Below the pieces are notes generated by a model. The model ran no database searches. It saw only the letters and a list, made by a program, of their open reading frames with translations, and had not been told where the DNA came from. Shown here piece after piece: positions 8,316 through 12,332 of a stretch of DNA of 12,332 nt (position 1 is its first letter; each line of letters starts with the position of its first letter). The stretch covers positions 1 through 12,332 of the forward strand of contig QMRC01000020.1 in NCBI GenBank assembly GCA_003649205.1. Reading direction: 5' to 3'. This DNA is from Thermoprotei archaeon. Its GTDB lineage: Archaea > Thermoproteota > Thermoprotei > Thermoproteales > B15-G16. Both the position numbers and the translations under genes were made by a program.

Positions 8316-9860
8316 TTAGATAAAGGGTACTCTGCTTCTTCTAGGTACTTCAGTGAATAGCTTTGTAGCTAGTTCAATGGGGTTACTGCACTCTCTCAGT
8401 GGTAGTGACAGTTCTCTAGCTAGTCTCTCTAGGTTGTCTCTAGTTGGTTGTGCTAGGTTCTCAAGCTTCTCATATAGCTCCTTCACATGTCTACACGCTG
8501 GGGAGTCAATTGATTCGTAGCCACAGATTAGGCACCTAGCAATTACTCTCCTCACGTACTTGTTCACTCTACCCCACACAACTACATCTCTCGTAACTAC
8601 AGCTACGAATCCTTCAGGTCTATCGGGCTCCAGCTCTACTAGATTGAAGTACACCCCCTCCTCGACATCTAGTACATCTCTCTCATAGTCGAGTTCCCTA
8701 GCTACCTCACTAGGTACTCCAAACTTCGGGCTTAAATCGAGTTCAAGGTGCTCAACAGTACCTAGGACTAGGCTCTTCACTATCTCATATGCCTTCAAGT
8801 ACTTGAGCAACTTACTCACTGGACTATCTACATTCCTAAGCTCTCTAGCTAGGTCAGGGTACCTACTTCTCAGTATGCTCACTACCTTCCACAACTTGCT
8901 GTAACCCTCATCAGTGAACCAATAGAGCCAAGACTTAATCTTTGGCACACCCTCAGCACCGAGTACCCTCAGTACCTGCTGAATTAACTTAGGCTCTAGA
9001 CCAGTTACTGAAGCTAGAACGTGCTCAGGTCTCCTGTACCAGAACACTCTACCAGCACTAACTACCTCAACTCTCTTAAACGGATTGAACCACTCAGCGT
9101 AGTCACAGTTGTACTGTAGCTCCCGTAAGTCATCCTCCCCTAGATTCAGCACCTCAAGTACTTTACCTAAGTCACCTCCCTTCTCCCTAAATCTAGTGAA
9201 GAGAGCCCATATGTTTGGAACCCTCTCCTTAAGCTCCTCAACTCTCGTAGCTGGGTCAATGAACTCACTCTCAGCAATCAATATGTCGAGTACTCTACCT
9301 AGACCAAGTACCTCAGACGTATCTACTCTACCGAACATGAAACCTACTGTCCTGACTGGTATGTTCTCTGCACATGCTAGTGCATAGCAGAGTTTACTCA
9401 GTAAGCTCCTACTGAGGAGAACAACTGTACCTCCTCTAACCCTCCTATCGCCTAACTTAACGAGTAACCTACCTGTCGTAGTTACCCTAATCTGCTGAGT
9501 CTCATCTACCTTATCCGCTGTTCCACGTAGCTCAGGAACAGCACCAACCTCCCTAGCAACCTCACTCACCTCAGCAATACCGTCAACAGCGATGTAGCAT
9601 GGAAGCGTGATCTCTACTTCATGACCTCTAACCCTAATAACGCTGTACTCTCTACCAAGAACAAGATCCTCAAAAGTCTGAGGAAGCGGGTACCTCAGCA
9701 ACTTCTCCTTCCACTCACTAGGAAGCTCACTAAGTCTAATCCTCCTAGCAAGCTCATTGTACGTAATGTAACCTCTAACATACGCTTGAAGGCTCTTGTA
9801 TATCGTACACACTACACAACCAAGCTCCCTACCCCTAGGACAAATCAAATCCATCGACAT
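8316..9860 (-). CDS. 514-aa multidomain protein: N-terminal Cys cluster, degenerate JAB/MPN-like domain, wHTH-like segment, C-terminal SWIM-like Zn finger
   Basis: The ORF is clear. Domain calls are by eye: aa 146-277 MPN-like, aa 279-325 wHTH-like (LASVTGLEPKLIQQVLRVLG...YWFTDEG), C443-x2-C446-x9-C456-x-H458 SWIM-like. Confidence 0.7.
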   Translation of the reverse strand: MSMDLICPRGRELGCVVCTIYKSLQAYVRGYITYNELARRIRLSELPSEWKEKLLRYPLPQTFEDLVLGREYSVIRVRGHEVEITLPCYIAVDGIAEVSEVAREVGAVPELRGTADKVDETQQIRVTTTGRLLVKLGDRRVRGGTVVLLSRSLLSKLCYALACAENIPVRTVGFMFGRVDTSEVLGLGRVLDILIAESEFIDPATRVEELKERVPNIWALFTRFREKGGDLGKVLEVLNLGEDDLRELQYNCDYAEWFNPFKRVEVVSAGRVFWYRRPEHVLASVTGLEPKLIQQVLRVLGAEGVPKIKSWLYWFTDEGYSKLWKVVSILRSRYPDLARELRNVDSPVSKLLKYLKAYEIVKSLVLGTVEHLELDLSPKFGVPSEVARELDYERDVLDVEEGVYFNLVELEPDRPEGFVAVVTRDVVVWGRVNKYVRRVIARCLICGYESIDSPACRHVKELYEKLENLAQPTRDNLERLARELSLPLRECSNPIELATKLFTEVPRRSRVPFI

Positions 9861-9878
9861 AGTAGGAAAAAGAAGTGA

Positions 9879-10016
9879 TTACATCATGTCTTCACAGATC
9901 CTAGCTATTAACTGCTTGAACTCCTCCCTCGTAGGCAACCTATTGTGCACAGCTACAAAATCAGCGTAGTAACAAGCAAGAATCTCGTAGTGTGTCTTTA
10001 TCTCCCTTTTGTACAA
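9879..10016 (-). CDS. Unannotated 45-aa ORF or 3' remnant of a gene cut by the TnpB element (LYKREIKTHYEILACYYADFVAVHNRLPTREEFKQLIARICEDMM)
   Basis: Open frame with element-typical codons fills the gap between tnpB and the 514-aa gene; only a TTG start with no SD; the frame stays open across the putative element end at 10026. Confidence 0.6.
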   Translation of the reverse strand: MYKREIKTHYEILACYYADFVAVHNRLPTREEFKQLIARICEDMM

Positions 10017-10041
10017 TGGATAAAGCCGTTTCAGAGTTTGT

Positions 10042-11133
10042 TTACTTCTCGTGATTTTTAATCACTTTTAATCCCTTGCAGGCTATTATGTATGCACTTG
10101 CCATATGTCTATCTAGTCCTCTTTTCTTCATTACCTCTTCATGTTCTTGACTATGTGTTGTTCCCTTTGGATCTACTAGTATTGGTGTTAAACCAAGCTT
10201 CAAACTCATTAACAATCCATGTTGTAGAAGTTGTTTCTTAGCAAACCTAGTTATCTTCCTATTACCGCTTGGTGACCTTACTCTACTACGCTTCTTCACT
10301 TCAAAAAGGTTCTCAAAAACAATGTAGTCTACACCAATCCTCCTAGCATAGCTTAGTAGTTCCTTCAATTTCTTCAACCTAATATCTCTAGCTTTATCTC
10401 TAGGGAAACCATGTAGTGTTACTTCAGGAAACCAAGCAGTTTTCATAGCTACGATTCTGCCACTAGGGTCTATGATAACCATGTTAATCCTATCACTATT
10501 GAGGTCTAGCCCTGCCACTAATCCATACCCTCTACGTTCTGGTAGTGAGAAGTGTTTTAGGTATAGGAAGAGTGGTACTGAAACATGTAACTCGATCCTA
10601 CCTTCTCTAAGCACTATACGAGTACCGTAACCTTCCTTTTTCTGATTTGCTAGCTCAAGAAGTTCTCTCAGCAACGAAATGTATCTCTCTCCAAAGAATG
10701 CTCTACACTTTATCCATGAACTATCCCAAGGATACTTAATAAATACTTGAAAGAACTTTGTACTTGGAATCATCTTTATGTTTCTATTACCTTTATCGTA
10801 CTTGTTGCCTCGTGATATAATGAACAGTTTCTTAACATGTATGTGCCTAGGATTACCATTATTGAATTTACACCCCTCAACTATGAACTTTGCATGTTTG
10901 TATGCTGATTCTAGGTAGATATAGTTTGGAAGCATCTGATAAAGCTTCTTTGTAGCATCCTTCATAGAAGCACCATTTACTACCTCACGAATCATCAACT
11001 CAACAGCCTTCCTGAAGCTCCACGCTAATCTCACAAGTTTCATGTAGTCTTCTGGAGTCTCTGGAAGAAGCTTACCGATAACTGTTACGTGAGGTATTAG
11101 CTCCTCTACGCTACTCAGTCTTAGTGTAGACAA
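10042..11133 (-). CDS. tnpB: TnpB-family RuvC protein, Zn-finger-less archaeal subtype with RuvC-III D->H
   Basis: RuvC-I AGLD210LN, RuvC-II IVFE274NL, 'LVDPKGTT' motif, RuvC-III D341-R-H343-MASAYIIA; no CxxC pairs between RuvC-II and RuvC-III; TTG start with strong SD GGAGGTGA. Confidence 0.9.
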   Translation of the reverse strand: MSTLRLSSVEELIPHVTVIGKLLPETPEDYMKLVRLAWSFRKAVELMIREVVNGASMKDATKKLYQMLPNYIYLESAYKHAKFIVEGCKFNNGNPRHIHVKKLFIISRGNKYDKGNRNIKMIPSTKFFQVFIKYPWDSSWIKCRAFFGERYISLLRELLELANQKKEGYGTRIVLREGRIELHVSVPLFLYLKHFSLPERRGYGLVAGLDLNSDRINMVIIDPSGRIVAMKTAWFPEVTLHGFPRDKARDIRLKKLKELLSYARRIGVDYIVFENLFEVKKRSRVRSPSGNRKITRFAKKQLLQHGLLMSLKLGLTPILVDPKGTTHSQEHEEVMKKRGLDRHMASAYIIACKGLKVIKNHEK

Positions 11134-11260
11134 TCACTATCACCTCCTTACCGTGTAGGTGCTTCATCTTCTCCGCTACATGCTTTGGTATGTAAATACC
11201 TAGGGATTTCCCTCTACCGAGCTTAGATAGTTTAGCAGTAAACACATAGACCTCACTCAT
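11111..11260 (-). CDS. Unannotated 49-aa AbrB/MazE/SpoVT-type swapped-hairpin DNA-binding protein
   Basis: MSEVYVFTAKLSKLGRGKSLGIYIPKHVAEKMKHLHGKEVIVIVYTKTE* matches the AbrB pattern 'K..K.G..S.GI.IPK.....L...G.EV.V.V'; overlaps the tnpB start by 23 nt and contains its SD. Confidence 0.82.
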   Translation of the reverse strand: MSEVYVFTAKLSKLGRGKSLGIYIPKHVAEKMKHLHGKEVIVIVYTKTE

Positions 11261-11286
11261 TATCCGTACACCAAATATGAACAAGA

Positions 11287-11310
11287 CAGAAATACTTATA
11301 AGCTTTCTCC
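11287..11310. promoter_or_regulatory. Palindromic TATA box (CTTATAAG, 11296-11303) with purine-rich BRE-like flank on both strands
   Basis: Minus strand GGAGAAAGCTTATAAGTA lies about 35 nt upstream of ATG 11260; plus strand CAGAAATACTTATAAGC lies about 24 nt upstream of the start of the GC-rich segment. Confidence 0.7.
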
Positions 11311-11326
11311 ACCTATCTCTAGCATT

Positions 11327-11445
11327 GGATGAACTCGATGAGCTAGGCGAGGGGGACGCATGAGATGAAGCTCCGTGTCGCCCGAGGGAGGTACGCTCCC
11401 GAAGGGAGGCACGGAGCAGATAAATAGGGGTGATGAGGGCGAGTA
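11327..11445 (+). ncRNA. Candidate structured ncRNA (possible omegaRNA-like scaffold) divergent from abrB-tnpB
   Basis: GC-rich non-coding island: stem GCTCCGTG 11370-11377 / CACGGAGC 11410-11417, inner hairpin CTCCC-GAA-GGGAG 11396-11408, TCGCCC 11378-11383 complementary to GGGCGA 11437-11442, and a box-C motif GTGATGA 11430-11436. Confidence 0.5.
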
Positions 11446-11456
11446 ATTAAAAGTAA

Positions 11457-11753
11457 TTAGAAATCTCTAAAAGTAACGATGAAACCCGAACCCTCGAAGG
11501 TCTCACCAAGCTTACGTGGGAATCCTGTAGATCTCCTACACAAAAACACAGCAACACCAGAATCACCTTGACAGAATAGAACGATATCACCAGCAGAATC
11601 ATGCTTGTACTCCTCAACCTTTGCAAATACCTTCCTCAAATCCTCGATAAAGTTCATGAAGTCCTTTTCCGTCAACGCACCAATAGTTACTTCACACCTA
11701 ACGTAGAAGTCCGTTAACATGGACTTCCCCACAGTCTGGAGTATCTTAAGCAA
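11457..11753 (-). CDS. Hypothetical alpha/beta protein (87-98 aa)
   Basis: ORF with typical codon use; the true start may be ATG 11720 (GTGGGG upstream) rather than TTG 11753. Confidence 0.72.
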   Translation of the reverse strand: MLKILQTVGKSMLTDFYVRCEVTIGALTEKDFMNFIEDLRKVFAKVEEYKHDSAGDIVLFCQGDSGVAVFLCRRSTGFPRKLGETFEGSGFIVTFRDF

Positions 11754-11770
11754 GTTATAAGGACTTGAGC

Positions 11771-12328
11771 TTACAGCACCTCAAATGGTATCATGCTGTA
11801 GAAAACTAGCTTCCTCCTCTCACTGTCTGGGTATGGTCTACACAGCATTGTGCAACCTGCGTTCAAGCATATGAAGTCGCTTACGAATCCACTTGCTTGA
11901 TTCACTATGACACCTCCGACACAGCTCTTGATGACTCTCATCAGCTTCTCAGCATCACTACCTCTCACAGGCTTCGTGAAGTCAACTACAATAACCTCAA
12001 TGTCTTTAATGCTCTGTATCTTCTCTAGAACCTCACCACTCAACCTAAATACACCCTGCTTGTTGACAACTTCGTGACTAGTAATCACGTACCTCACTCT
12101 ATCACTCATTCTCTCAGCTATCACGAAGCTAGATAGGAACGCAGGTACACTAGGTGCACCAGCAAGCACAACAGCTCTAGGAGGTAACTTAGGCTCATAC
12201 TCAATCAACTCACTAAAGTGCTCACTAATGAAATCCAGAGCACCTGTTACATCCCTAACAAACTCCTCAAGCAACTGAGCATGCTTCTTAGGGTTGAAGT
12301 ACTCATAGAAAAGCTCCTCAAAACCCAT
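11771..12328 (-). CDS. Degenerate P-loop NTPase-fold protein (DnaC/IstB-like), possibly 5'-truncated
   Basis: AVVLAGAPSVPAFLSSFVIAERM parallels hhhhGxPGxGKThhAxhhA; Walker-B-like EVIVVD116; the frame is open to the window edge. Confidence 0.6.
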   Translation of the reverse strand: MGFEELFYEYFNPKKHAQLLEEFVRDVTGALDFISEHFSELIEYEPKLPPRAVVLAGAPSVPAFLSSFVIAERMSDRVRYVITSHEVVNKQGVFRLSGEVLEKIQSIKDIEVIVVDFTKPVRGSDAEKLMRVIKSCVGGVIVNQASGFVSDFICLNAGCTMLCRPYPDSERRKLVFYSMIPFEVL

Positions 12329-12332
12329 ACCA

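Larger units (their letters stand above)
10026..11315 (-). mobile_element. Non-autonomous TnpB-carrying element, probably IS607-derived (no TnpA); left boundary uncertain and may extend to about 11445
   Basis: tnpB stop is followed 15 nt later by ...CTGAAACGG on the minus strand, resembling IS607-family right ends that finish in GG; codon use differs from flanking genes; no serine recombinase or HUH transposase ORF is present. Confidence 0.6.

Noticed and set aside
5249-9878. Plus-strand ORFs 5249-5482, 5764-5985, 5886-6134, 6515-6871, 9109-9387 and 9621-9878
   Set aside because: Antisense to coherent minus-strand genes; most are Ser-rich, as expected for the reverse complement of Glu/Arg-rich genes.
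9990-10150. Canonical omegaRNA at the tnpB 3' end
   Set aside because: AT-rich with no obvious stable stems by eye; not called, but not excluded without folding or RIP-seq.
11298-11362. Short minus-strand ORF (MRPPRLAHRVHPMLEIGGESL) as the missing 5' half of the 45-aa gene
   Set aside because: Joining at either nearby GG puts it out of frame with the 45-aa ORF, and its codon use is atypical.
1-12332. tRNA, rRNA, integrase or att site
   Set aside because: No cloverleaf, rRNA-like or recombinase motifs were seen, so free virus versus integrated element cannot be decided from this window.

Overview
Gene-dense 12.3 kb segment that looks like part of a virus, provirus or other mobile element of a hyperthermophilic archaeon, probably Thermoprotei (inferred from GGTGA/GGAGGTGA Shine-Dalgarno sites, BRE-TATA promoters, AGA/AGG/CTA codon use, Cys/Zn-finger microproteins and no housekeeping genes). 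It contains the probably 5'-truncated gene of a >=1003-aa sequon-rich, C-terminally anchored surface protein with a tandem domain duplication; a stand-alone T4-PNKP-like HAD phosphatase; an AT-rich pair of orphan genes flanking a small membrane protein; a 385-bp repeat-containing non-coding gap; a pair of tandem helical paralogues sharing a Cx9C motif; a divergent winged-helix regulator; several Zn-finger proteins; a 514-aa protein with an apparently dead JAB/MPN domain, a wHTH and a SWIM-like finger; and a degenerate DnaC/IstB-like P-loop protein. The most striking locus (10026-11445) is a transposase-less TnpB cassette: a Zn-finger-less TnpB with RuvC-III Asp->His, an overlapping unannotated 49-aa AbrB-type gene, a palindromic TATA box, and a GC-rich structured segment that looks like a divergently transcribed ncRNA upstream (not downstream) of tnpB. 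All family assignments are by eye from motifs; no searches were run.
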